From Escherichia phage mEp234, in sequence record PV340539: 40,804 nucleotides of DNA. One strand, written 5' to 3'. Within the stretch, counting starts at the first letter, position 1. Every line of letters begins with the position of its first letter. The notes under the pieces are model-generated. The model did not search any database and was not told where the DNA came from. It was given only the letters and a program-made list of their open reading frames with translations. The translations under genes and the position numbers were made by a program. This document shows, piece by piece, positions 27,128 through 37,100 of the stretch.

Positions 27128-27514
27128 ATGTCGCAAACTTTAAAACAATTAGCCATGGCGAAAATGGCTGGCTTTCGCCATAAGACGGTCGTTGTCCCTG
27201 AGTGGGAAGGTGTCAAAGTGGTTCTCCGTGAGCCGTCAGGTGAAGCCTGGCTGCGCTGGCAGGAGGTGGTGAAAGGGGGGGCCGACGATGAAAATGTGTC
27301 GGTATCGGAAAAGGCGCACCGTAATCTTTGCGCTGACGTGGTGCTCTTCATTGACGTTCTGTGTGACACCGATAAGCAACCGGTATTCAGCGTAGACGAA
27401 GAAGAGCAGGTGCGTGAAATTTACGGGCCAGTGCACTCACGTCTGCTCAAACAGGCGCTTGACCTGATCAACAATGCGGACGAAGCGCGGGAAAAGTCTC
27501 AACCCCCGGCGTAA
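27128..27514 (+). CDS. Tail assembly chaperone (gpG-like)
   Basis: 128 aa, upstream of tape measure; -1 frame ORF follows. Confidence 0.75.
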   Translation: MSQTLKQLAMAKMAGFRHKTVVVPEWEGVKVVLREPSGEAWLRWQEVVKGGADDENVSVSEKAHRNLCADVVLFIDVLCDTDKQPVFSVDEEEQVREIYGPVHSRLLKQALDLINNADEAREKSQPPA

Positions 27515-27522
27515 AGTTTCTG

Positions 27523-27801
27523 ATGTCGCTTGCGCTCCGGATGGGGCGCACGCTCTCAGAGCTTCGGCAGAATATGACGGCAAGCGAGCTTCTGATGTGG
27601 ATTGAGTACGACAGGCAAAGCCCGGTTGGCGATATTCGCGGTGATATCCATGCAGCGCAGATTGTCTCTGCCATCTACGGCTCGCAGGGGGCAAAAGTAC
27701 CGCTGGACGATGCGATCCTGCGCTGGGGTGGTGATGAGCAATCAGAACCGAAGGACCCGTTTGCAGGGCTTGAGGCGGCACTTACAGCTGCGACACAATA
27801 A
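27523..27801 (+). CDS. Tail assembly chaperone frameshift extension (gpT-like; expressed as G-T fusion by -1 frameshift)
   Basis: -1 frame relative to G-like ORF, open from 27463; slippery-like 'GGGAAAAG' at 27489-27496. Confidence 0.65.
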   Translation: MSLALRMGRTLSELRQNMTASELLMWIEYDRQSPVGDIRGDIHAAQIVSAIYGSQGAKVPLDDAILRWGGDEQSEPKDPFAGLEAALTAATQ

Positions 27802-27858
27802 TTGCTTCACATGCCTTCAATGTAGCGATACGCTCTTTCCTTAAGTAAAGGAGGCGTT

Positions 27859-28047
27859 ATGGAACCACTGGTAGTAGTGTTTGGAATATTCGGCTGGCTG
27901 ATAAATCTAATTGTGATTTTTTATTTATTACGGTTTAGCACAAGGGCAAATGAACAAGTTGAAGCCCTTAAAGAGATAAATAAAAAGCAAGATGCGCAAA
28001 TAGATTTATTAATACAAGTCGCTCACCAAAGAAAAGACAGTTTATAA
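27859..28047 (+). CDS. Small single-pass membrane protein (62 aa), moron between G/GT and tape measure; paralog of 33212..33436
   Basis: RBS AAGGAGG; N-terminal TM helix; 'FYLLRFSTRANEQVEALKEINKK' aligns with 'FFINRASVRANRQVELLESIDQK'. Confidence 0.7.
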   Translation: MEPLVVVFGIFGWLINLIVIFYLLRFSTRANEQVEALKEINKKQDAQIDLLIQVAHQRKDSL

Positions 28048-28054
28048 CTCACGA

Positions 28055-28077
28055 CCCGCTATCAAGCGGGTTTTTTT
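28055..28077 (+). terminator. Hairpin + U7 element after the first membrane-protein moron
   Basis: 'cccgct-atca-agcggg' + TTTTTTT, immediately before ATGGG. Confidence 0.6.
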
Positions 28078-31000
28078 ATGGGTGAAAATATGGCTACGTT
28101 GCGCGAACTGATCATCAAAATATCTGCAAACTCTCAGTCATTCCAGTCTGAAATTTCTCGTGCTTCAAGAATGGGGAATGACTATTACCGGGTAATGCAG
28201 ACTGGAGGACGCCAATCGGCCGCAGCTTCGCGTGAAACTCAGCGTGCCTTGGCTGAGGTAACTAGTCAAATAAACACCGCGAAGGCCTCAGCACTGGGAA
28301 TGGCTGGTGCATTTGCTGGAGCATTTGCGACTGGTCATCTTATATCGCTGGCCGATGAATGGAGCTCTATTAATGCCAGGCTAAAGCAGGCTTCCCAGTC
28401 GTCAGATGATTTCACGGAGTCCCAGCGGGCGCTGATGGATATTAGCCAGCGAACCGGAACCGCCTTCTCTGATAATGCGAGTCTTTTTGCGCGTTCAGCC
28501 GCTTCTATGCGTGAATATGGCTACAGTTCAGAAGAGGTTCTGAAGGTAACCGAGGCTATATCAACAGGGCTTAAGCTGTCAGGCGCAAGCGCGTCTGAAG
28601 CGAGTTCGGTAATCACGCAGTTCAGCCAGGCTCTGGCGCAGGGTGTTCTTCGAGGCGAGGAATTTAACTCCGTCAACGAAAACGGTGATCGAGTTATCCG
28701 TGCTCTTGCCGCAGGGATGGGTGTAGCTCGTAAAGATCTGAAGGCAATGGCCGATCAGGGGATGCTAACCGCAGATAAAGTTGTCCCGGCCCTGATAAGT
28801 CAACTTGGCACTATGCGTGGTGAATTTGAGGCAATGCCGCAGACCGTTTCTGCTGCCACGACGAAAGTCGAAAATGCTTTCATGGCATGGGTAGGTGGCG
28901 CTAATGAAGCCACTGGTGCGACAAGTACTCTTGTTGCCGTATTGAATACGGTTTCTGACAATATAGACACTGTGGCTACGGCTGCCGGAGCTTTGGCTGC
29001 GATAGGTGGAGCTCGCTATCTTGGAGGGATGTTTGGCGATCTTGGGAACCAGACGGCGCAATTAATAGATGCCAGAAAGAACGAAATTGCGCTCGCAGCT
29101 GCAAGGGCTGAATCTGCTACCCAATCACAACGCAAGGCCGCCGCCGATGCTATTGCTGCTGAGCGAGCTTACCAGCTTGCTCAGTCAGAACTTGTGCTGG
29201 CAAAGAATACTAATGCTGAGGCTACTGCCACTCAAAATGCCATATCCAAGCGCCGGGCAATGATTACAGCAAATGCGGCACTGGTACAGTCAAACAGAGC
29301 CGTTGCAGCCTCTCAGCAGGCACTTAACTCTGCAACATCAGTGCTGGGGCTTGTAAAAACTGGCGCTACGGGTCTTTTGTCGTTAGTTGGTGGTTTGCCA
29401 GGAATTTTAATGTTGGGTGCTGGGGCGTGGTACACGATGTATCAACGCCAAGAACAAGCCAGGGAATCTGCAATCAAATATGCGGACACAATAGAGCAGG
29501 TACGAGATAATCTGAAATCAATGTCTCAGACGCAGATATCCGCCAACCTTGGACAGGCGAATATTTCACTGGATGCTCAGAATAGTGCGATTGAACAGCA
29601 GAAGCAGAAAGTTGCTGAATTATCCAATCAACTTTATAACGCAAAATTAGCAGCCAATTCTGCTTCAGAGGGGACATGGCTGTATAACGATGCGGTTGAG
29701 AAAGCCGCAGACTTTGCTTCAGAACTTGCGGTTGAAGAAGGCCGACTTGAGCAAATGCTCAATAAAAGAAAGCAAACACAACAGTTAATAAACGACATAA
29801 CTGATCAGGCTATAAATAAAACAGTAGAAATGGCTGGCGCCGTAAGTTCTCTTACAGAGATGTATGACCGGCTGAACAAGGTTTCCAGACAGTCTACAGC
29901 AGTGTCCCCACCAAAATATGCAGGACCTGTACTTCCTGCGCTTGATAATAAGCAACAACAAGCTATTGAGAAAGCACAGCGACAGCTTGAGTTATCTGGC
30001 CTTCAGGGTTTGGATAAGGCTCGAAAGCAGGCAGAATTCGATGCATCTGATCTGAACCTTCCAGCTGGTTGGCGTGAGAAATATGTCAGCATGGAAGTTG
30101 AGTCTGCCAGGCAATTACAAGCAATTCGTAACTCAAGCCGCCATAAGGGTGGAAAATCCGAGGCGGAAAAAACAGCTGATACCTATGACAAGCTGATCAA
30201 GCAGCAAAAAGAGCAGATCGCTCTGCAAGGGCAGAATACCGAGCTGGCAAAGGTTAAATATCAGGTAAGCCAGGGTGAGCTTTCTACGCTAAGTCAGGCC
30301 CAGAAAGCCGAAGTTATGCGTAATGCTGCTCTCATCGATCAGGTTAAATTGCGTGAGCAACTGCGAAATTACGAAGCCAACCTTGCTGACAGTAACGCCA
30401 GCGCCCGCGCAGCCAATGAAGCGCAACTGCTGGGATACGGGCAGGGAACCAGGTTCCGTGAAAGACTTCAGGAGCAGTTCAATCTGCGTAAGGAGTTTGA
30501 GCAGAAGAATACCGATCTTCTCCGCCAGCGTCAGGCTGGTGAAATCGACGAGACGTTCTATCAGCAGGGGCTGGCACTTAATAAGCGCTACCTCGAAGAG
30601 CGCCTGCGCGACCAGGAGGGATATTACGCAGCTTCTGATGCGCAGCGTGACGACTGGATGACGGGACTGTCTGAGGGTTATGCGAACTGGGTGGACGAAG
30701 CGACAGATTACTCCTCCATGGCCGCTGACGGCATGAAGCAGGCCATGGGTGGCGCGGTCACCACGATCACCGACATGCTCAATGGCAACGTTGACAGCTG
30801 GAAGGACTGGGGCGTGAGCGTACTGAAGATCATCCAGAACGTTCTGGTGAACATGGCTGTTGCTAACGGCGTCAGTTCAATTGGTTCTCTCTTCAGCTTT
30901 GGCGCATCTTCCGCCGCTGCCGCCAGTAGCGGTACTGCAATTCAGAACGCTGGCGCGAACTTCACCTTTAACGCGAAGGGTAATGTTTACGACTCTCCGT

Positions 31001-31356
31001 CCCTGAGCGCATACAGCAATGGCGTGTTTCAGACCCCTCAGCTTTTTGCTTTTGCCAAAGGAGCGGGTGTGTTTGCAGAGGCTGGACCTGAAGCCATTAT
31101 GCCGCTTACCCGTGCTGCTGATGGTTCGCTTGGCGTTCGGGCTGTTGGCACTGGTGGTGGTCAGGCTGTATCTTCGGCTCCACAGGTTTACATCACCATC
31201 GATGGCAACGGAAATACTTCCACGCAGACTTCACCCGGCCTTGAGCAATTTGGTGCTGATGTCGGTAAATATATTGATCAGCGATATAAGCAGAACATCA
31301 TGCGAGATATTCGCCCTGGCGGTGACATCTGGAACGCAATGAAAGGAACCCGATAA
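28078..31356 (+). CDS. Tail tape measure protein
   Basis: 1092 aa, alpha-helical/Ala-Gln-rich, between chaperone and M/L/K/I/J. Confidence 0.9.
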   Translation: MGENMATLRELIIKISANSQSFQSEISRASRMGNDYYRVMQTGGRQSAAASRETQRALAEVTSQINTAKASALGMAGAFAGAFATGHLISLADEWSSINARLKQASQSSDDFTESQRALMDISQRTGTAFSDNASLFARSAASMREYGYSSEEVLKVTEAISTGLKLSGASASEASSVITQFSQALAQGVLRGEEFNSVNENGDRVIRALAAGMGVARKDLKAMADQGMLTADKVVPALISQLGTMRGEFEAMPQTVSAATTKVENAFMAWVGGANEATGATSTLVAVLNTVSDNIDTVATAAGALAAIGGARYLGGMFGDLGNQTAQLIDARKNEIALAAARAESATQSQRKAAADAIAAERAYQLAQSELVLAKNTNAEATATQNAISKRRAMITANAALVQSNRAVAASQQALNSATSVLGLVKTGATGLLSLVGGLPGILMLGAGAWYTMYQRQEQARESAIKYADTIEQVRDNLKSMSQTQISANLGQANISLDAQNSAIEQQKQKVAELSNQLYNAKLAANSASEGTWLYNDAVEKAADFASELAVEEGRLEQMLNKRKQTQQLINDITDQAINKTVEMAGAVSSLTEMYDRLNKVSRQSTAVSPPKYAGPVLPALDNKQQQAIEKAQRQLELSGLQGLDKARKQAEFDASDLNLPAGWREKYVSMEVESARQLQAIRNSSRHKGGKSEAEKTADTYDKLIKQQKEQIALQGQNTELAKVKYQVSQGELSTLSQAQKAEVMRNAALIDQVKLREQLRNYEANLADSNASARAANEAQLLGYGQGTRFRERLQEQFNLRKEFEQKNTDLLRQRQAGEIDETFYQQGLALNKRYLEERLRDQEGYYAASDAQRDDWMTGLSEGYANWVDEATDYSSMAADGMKQAMGGAVTTITDMLNGNVDSWKDWGVSVLKIIQNVLVNMAVANGVSSIGSLFSFGASSAAAASSGTAIQNAGANFTFNAKGNVYDSPSLSAYSNGVFQTPQLFAFAKGAGVFAEAGPEAIMPLTRAADGSLGVRAVGTGGGQAVSSAPQVYITIDGNGNTSTQTSPGLEQFGADVGKYIDQRYKQNIMRDIRPGGDIWNAMKGTR

Positions 31357-31358
31357 AA

Positions 31359-31697
31359 ATGGCTATCGAAACTTTCACCTGGTGCCCACGACTTAACGCT
31401 GAGGCAGATATAAATTTCCGCGTCAGGAAAGCACAGTTTGGTGATGGATATGAGCAGGTTTCAGGGGATGGATTGAACACCAGAACCCAGCAATGGACGC
31501 TCAACTTCACTGGCAACGAAACCTACATTTCTGCCATTAAATCTTTTCTCGACAGGCATGAAGGAACGAAAGCCTTTCAATGGAAGCCACCGCTCGAACC
31601 TTTGGGTTTGTATCGTTGCGAAACGTATAAACCCACCGGGCTTGGCGCGGGGAAATTCAACCTTGAAGCAACATTCATCCAGGCATTTAAACCATGA
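31359..31697 (+). CDS. M: Minor tail protein M-like
   Basis: 112 aa; '...FGDGYEQ...' as in lambda gpM; position after tape measure. Confidence 0.75.
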   Translation: MAIETFTWCPRLNAEADINFRVRKAQFGDGYEQVSGDGLNTRTQQWTLNFTGNETYISAIKSFLDRHEGTKAFQWKPPLEPLGLYRCETYKPTGLGAGKFNLEATFIQAFKP

Positions 31698-32452
31698 GCT
31701 TAAACGCAGATTATCAGAAGCTGGAATCCGGAAACGATGTTCGTCTGATTGAGGTGGACGGTTCTTCCTTTGGGCTAACGGACGTTCTCCGCTTTCACAA
31801 TTACAGCATTCCCCACACAGAAGCGGAAATCATCGCCGCTGGTGGGGATGAGTCCAAGCTTCCGGCGAAACCAATCTGGTGGCAGGGAAATGAATACGCC
31901 GCCTGGCCGTATCAGCTGGAAGGTCTGGAGAAATCAACCAGTGGGAGCAATGCAACGCCATCACTGACGGTTGCGAACATCGAAAGCTCCATTTCTGCTC
32001 TGTGTCTTGCGTATGACGATCTGCTGCAGGCTAAAGTCACTATTCACGACACAAAAGAGAAATATCTCGATGCCAGGAATTTCGCAGACGGTAACCCTTC
32101 TGCAGACCAGACTCAGGAAAAGCTGCAGGTCTGGTATATCGACGGGAAAACGGGCGAGCTTGCCGGTGAAACCGTTGAATTTGTTCTGTCCAGCCCGATG
32201 GACCTGCAGGGGCAAATGATCCCGACGCGACAGCTTCATTCCCTGTGTACCTGGTGCATCCGGAATAAATATCGCACCGGCGACGGCTGCGACTATGCCG
32301 GCACCCGCTATTTCGACAAAAACAACAACCCGGTAAGCGATCCGTCGCTGGATGAATGCAACGGCACGCTGACGGCCTGCAAACTCCGATTCGGCGAAAA
32401 TAACGAACTCTCGTTTGGTGGCTTCCCGGGCACGTCTTTGATCAGGAGTTGA
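31694..32452 (+). CDS. L: Minor tail protein L-like
   Basis: 252 aa, Cys-rich C-terminus 'CTWCIRNKYRTGDGCDYAG...CNGTLTACKLRFGENNELSFGGFPG'. Confidence 0.85.
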   Translation: MSLNADYQKLESGNDVRLIEVDGSSFGLTDVLRFHNYSIPHTEAEIIAAGGDESKLPAKPIWWQGNEYAAWPYQLEGLEKSTSGSNATPSLTVANIESSISALCLAYDDLLQAKVTIHDTKEKYLDARNFADGNPSADQTQEKLQVWYIDGKTGELAGETVEFVLSSPMDLQGQMIPTRQLHSLCTWCIRNKYRTGDGCDYAGTRYFDKNNNPVSDPSLDECNGTLTACKLRFGENNELSFGGFPGTSLIRS

Positions 32453-32453
32453 T

Positions 32454-33164
32454 ATGCGTCAGAAAACCGTCGATGAGATTATGGCGCATGCTGCAGCTGA
32501 ATATCCTCGCGAGTGTTGCGGCGTGGTGGCGCAGAAAAGCCGTGTTGAACGTTATTTCCCGTGCCGGAATCTTGCCGCGGCGCCGGAGGACAATTTTGTC
32601 CTTTGCCCGGAAGATTACGCAGCTGCTGAGGACTGGGGTACGGTGATCGCCATCGTTCACAGTCACCCTGACGCCACAACGCAACCGAGCGAACTGGATA
32701 AAGCGCAATGCGACGCAACGCTTTTACCCTGGCACATCGTGAGCTGGCCTGAGGGGGATTTGCGCACCATCCAGCCGCGTGGGGAACTGCCGCTGCTGGA
32801 GCGTCCGTTTGTGCTTGGCCACTTCGACTGCTGGGGTCTGGTAATGAGCTATTTCCGGCAAACGCATGGTATCGAGCTCCACGATTACCGGGTTGATTAT
32901 CCCTGGTGGGAAAACGACTATCCGGACAACTTCTATCAGGATTGCTGGTATGAGTGCGGATTCCGTGAATTCGACGGACCACCGAAACCCGGCGATATGG
33001 TGATCATGCAGGTCCAGGCTGATAAGTGGAACCACGCTGGAATTCTGCTGGAGGGCAATATGCTGCTGCACCACCTGTACGGACATCTGAGCCAGCGCGT
33101 GCCGTATGGTGGCTACTGGCAGGAAAGGACGATGAAGATTCTTAGACATCAGAATTTTATTTAA
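32454..33164 (+). CDS. K: Tail assembly protein K-like (JAB/MPN + NlpC/P60 domains)
   Basis: 236 aa; JAMM motif 'HSHPD', Cys/His NlpC-like region. Confidence 0.85.
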   Translation: MRQKTVDEIMAHAAAEYPRECCGVVAQKSRVERYFPCRNLAAAPEDNFVLCPEDYAAAEDWGTVIAIVHSHPDATTQPSELDKAQCDATLLPWHIVSWPEGDLRTIQPRGELPLLERPFVLGHFDCWGLVMSYFRQTHGIELHDYRVDYPWWENDYPDNFYQDCWYECGFREFDGPPKPGDMVIMQVQADKWNHAGILLEGNMLLHHLYGHLSQRVPYGGYWQERTMKILRHQNFI

Positions 33165-33211
33165 CAAACTGTCACTGATACTATCGTGTAGTACACAGCA
33201 AGGAGAACGAT

Positions 33212-33436
33212 ATGTATACAGTTGGGTTTGGTTGGATCTTCGTCGGTATTTTTATTGGGTTAATTCTCTGGTTTTTCATCAACCGCGCCAGCGTCAGAGC
33301 GAACAGGCAGGTTGAATTACTTGAGTCTATCGACCAGAAATTATCAAAAATAGTAGATCCAAACTTCGAGGCAAATAACAAAGACCAGTCGAAAGAAAAC
33401 TACCTTGAAGAAGCAAGGAAAAAAGCTGGGCTTTGA
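33212..33436 (+). CDS. Small single-pass membrane protein (74 aa), moron between K and I; paralog of 27859..28047
   Basis: RBS AAGGAGA; N-terminal TM helix; shared RAN(E/R)QVE motif. Confidence 0.7.
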   Translation: MYTVGFGWIFVGIFIGLILWFFINRASVRANRQVELLESIDQKLSKIVDPNFEANNKDQSKENYLEEARKKAGL

Positions 33437-33452
33437 GAGCGTAAATTAACAA

Positions 33453-33474
33453 ACCACCTACGGGTGGTTTTTTT
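33453..33474 (+). terminator. Hairpin + U7 element after the second membrane-protein moron
   Basis: 'accacc-tacg-ggtggt' + TTTTTTT before ATGGGGG. Confidence 0.6.
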
Positions 33475-33485
33475 ATGGGGGCAGC

Positions 33486-34094
33486 ATGCAAGAGGTAATG
33501 ACAAGAATTGAGCTAAGTGGCGTGCTAGCTAAGACATATGGAAGGGTTCATCACCGTCTGGTTCGCACTACTGCTGAAGCCATTAATGCACTCGCGAAAA
33601 CCATCAATGGATTCGAGAAATTCTTAAACACAAGCAAAGCCCGAGGGCTGACGTATGCCGTTTATAGAGATAAAAAGAATATTGGCGTTGATGATCTCGG
33701 CTTTCCCGTCACCGGCGAAGTGATCCGGATTGTCCCTGTAGTAATAGGGAGTAAAAAGGCTGGTCTTTTGCAGACGATCTTGGGGGCCGTGCTTATTACT
33801 GCTGCTGTGTTGACTGGAGCCGGCGGTATTGGCGCTGCTTTCGCTGCTGGTGGATTGACGGGGTTTGCTGCTGCCACTGGTGCCTCGTTGGTCCTCGGTG
33901 GGGTTATTCAGCTGCTTTCACCGCAGCCATCAGGCATAGCCAGTAAACAAAGCGCAGATAACCGTGCATCGTATGCGTTTGGCGGGGTAACCAACACTGC
34001 AGCGCAAGGCTACCCGGTGCCTCTGCTTTATGGTAAGCGTCGAATCGGCGGAGCGATTATTTCTGCCGGAATTTATGTCGAAGATCAGCAGTAG
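33486..34094 (+). CDS. I: Tail assembly protein I-like
   Basis: 202 aa with Gly/Ala-rich hydrophobic C-terminal half typical of lambda gpI. Confidence 0.8.
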   Translation: MQEVMTRIELSGVLAKTYGRVHHRLVRTTAEAINALAKTINGFEKFLNTSKARGLTYAVYRDKKNIGVDDLGFPVTGEVIRIVPVVIGSKKAGLLQTILGAVLITAAVLTGAGGIGAAFAAGGLTGFAAATGASLVLGGVIQLLSPQPSGIASKQSADNRASYAFGGVTNTAAQGYPVPLLYGKRRIGGAIISAGIYVEDQQ

Positions 34095-34113
34095 ATAACT
34101 AACCTTTTTTCTG

Positions 34114-34135
34114 GCCACCTTCGGGTGGCTTTTTT
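34114..34135 (+). terminator. Hairpin + U6 element upstream of J-like gene (third copy of the element)
   Basis: 'gccacc-ttcg-ggtggc' + TTTTTT before ATGGGCG. Confidence 0.5.
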
Positions 34136-34146
34136 ATGGGCGCAAT

Positions 34147-37100
34147 ATGGCTACAGATAAAGTGTTAAAAGGCCGCAAGGGCGGCAGCTCAAGTTCCCGA
34201 ACCCCTACCGAACAGCCTGATGATCTGCAATCTGTAGCGAAGGCAAAGATCCTCGTTGCGCTTGGGGAAGGGGAGTTTGCTGGACAGCTCACCGGGAAGG
34301 ATATCTACCTGGACGGAACAGCGCTGGAGAATGCTGACGGCTCCCAAAACTTCAGCGGGGTAACGTGGGAGTTTCGCGCGGGAACGCAGGCGCAAAAATA
34401 TATTCAGGGTATTCCCGGTACCGAAAACGAGATCAGCGTAGGAACTGAGGTATCAAGTGCCACAGCCTGGACGCGCACGTTTACCAATACGCAGCTTTCA
34501 GCAGTTCGCCTGCGTCTTAAATGGCCCTCGCTTTTCAAACAGGAAGACGACGGCGATCTGGTGGGTTACTCGGTCAATTATGCGATTGACCTGCAGACGG
34601 ACGGCGGCACATGGCAGACGGTACTCAATACCAGCGTGACCGGCAAAACGACGTCTGGTTATGAGCGCAGCCACCGTATCGATTTACCGCAGGCTGGCAG
34701 CACATGGACAATACGTCTGCGTAAGATTACCTCTGACGCCAACAGCGCGAAGATCGGCGACACGATGATGCTGCAGAGCTTCACCGAGGTGATTGATGCC
34801 AAACTGCGCTACCCGAACACCGCGCTGCTCTACGTCGAATTCGACTCAAGCCAGTTCAACGGCTCTATTCCTCAAATTTCATGCGAACCGCGCGGCCGCG
34901 TTATCCGCGTTCCAGATACCTACGACCCTGAAACCCGCACTTATAGCGGTACATGGACCGGTGCGTTTAAGTGGGCATGGACGGATAACCCTGCGTGGAT
35001 TTTTTACGACCTGGTTGTTTCTGACCGGTTTGGCCTCGGGCACCGTTTGACCGCTGCGAATATTGATAAATGGACTCTTTATCAGGTTGCTCAGTATTGT
35101 GATCAGATGGTACCAGACGGCAAAGGGGGCAACGGTACAGAACCACGCTATACCTGCAACGTGTACATTCAGGACCGGAACGACGCCTACACAGTCCTGC
35201 GTGATTTTGCCGCTATCTTCCGTGGCATGACCTACTGGGGCGGGGATCAGATTGTGGCCCTGGCTGACATGCCGCGCGATGTTGATTACAGCTATACGCG
35301 CGCTAACGTTGTTGGCGGTCGCTTCACCTATTCGAGCAGCACCACGAAAAGCCGCTACACCACAGCGCTGGTTTCATGGTCAGATCCGGGTAACGCTTAT
35401 GCCGACGCAATGGAGCCGGTATTTGAGCAGGCGCTGGTGGCGCGATACGGCTTCAATCAGCTGGAAATGACAGCCATCGGCTGCACCAGGCAGTCAGAGG
35501 CGAACCGAAAGGGGCGCTGGGGTATTCTCACCAACAACAAGGATCGCGTTGTTTCGTTTGATGTCGGGCTGGACGGAAACATTCCGCAGCCGGGCTACAT
35601 CATCGCCGTGGCAGACGAGCTGCTTTCCGGAAAGGTTATGGGCGGCCGCATCAGCGCCGTTAACGGTCGCGTTATCAAACTTGACCGCGTAGCTGATGCA
35701 GCACCAGGTGATCGCCTTATTCTCAACCTGCCTTCCGGAGCGTCGCAGAGCAGGACCATTCAGGCCGTGAACGGGGAATCAGTCACAGTCACCACGGCAT
35801 ACAGTGAGACGCCACAGGCCGAAGCTGTTTGGGTTGTTGAATCTGACGAGCTTTACGCGCAGCAGTATCGTGTTGTCAGCGTCTCCGACAACGGTGATGG
35901 CACTTTCTCAATCACCGGCGCATGGCACGACCCGGATAAATATGCCCGCATCGATACCGGAGCCATCATTGACCAGCGGCCGGTGAGCGTGATCCCGCCT
36001 GGTAACCAGTCGCCGCCTGCGAACATCGTGATCAGCTCGTTTTCCGTGGTGCAGCAAAATATCAGCGTCGAAACGATGCGCGTGAGCTGGGACCAGGCGC
36101 AGAACGCTATCGCCTATGAAGCGCAATGGCGCCGCAACGACGGGAACTGGGTTAACGTGCCGCGCACCTCCACCACGTCATTCGACGTCCCGGGGATTTA
36201 TGCCGGGCGCTACCTGGTGCGGGTGCGCGCAATCAATGCCGCAGAAATTTCATCCGGATGGGGCTATTCAGAAGAGAAAACGCTGACGGGTAAAGTGGGC
36301 AATCCACCGAAGCCGGTTGGCTTCATCGCTTCTGAAAATGTGGTTTTCGGCATCGAGCTGAACTGGGGATTCCCGGCGAATACCGACGACACGCTGAAGA
36401 CGGAAATTCAGTACAGCCTGACCGGAACCGAGGACGATGCGATGCTGCTGGCCGATGTGCCTTATCCGCAGCGCAAATATCAGCAGATGGGCCTCAAGGC
36501 TGGGCAGATTTTCTGGTACCGCGCTCAGCTGGTGGACCGCAGCGGCAACGAATCAGGGTACACAGAATGGGTGCGAGGACAGGCCAGCATCGATGTTTCC
36601 GACATCACAGATGTGATCCTGGAGGACATGAAAGGCTCCGATACGTTCAAAGACCTGATCGAGAACGCTGTGGACAGCAATGAAAAAATTGCTGGCATGG
36701 CTGACGAAATCAAAAACCATGCCGACGAACTCGAGCAGCAGGCGAAAGACATCCAGGAAAACGCTGACGGGCTGGCCCAGGCCGAAGTGAAGATCGACGA
36801 GATTTCTGTGTCGATGGATGGCATGACGGGAGGCGTGAAGAACTCGGCAATCGCGATTATCCAGAATGGGCTGGCGCAGGTTGTCAGTCGTCGTTCCCAG
36901 ACCGCGACAAACGCAGGGAACAGCGCCAGCATTGACCGTATCGACACGACCATAGCCGACACCAGCTCGGCGGTTGCTCGCGCGCTGGTGACGCTGGATG
37001 CTTCAGCTGGTGGGAATATCTCCAACTCTACCGATCTCACTGAAACTCTGGCCGATTTCACGCAGGCATCGGCGACAAAAATTAACACCCTGAATGTTAA

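Noticed and set aside
32479-32982. 167-aa and 147-aa minus-strand ORFs inside the K-like gene
   Set aside because: Antisense to a confidently assigned gene; Pro/Arg-rich chance frame.
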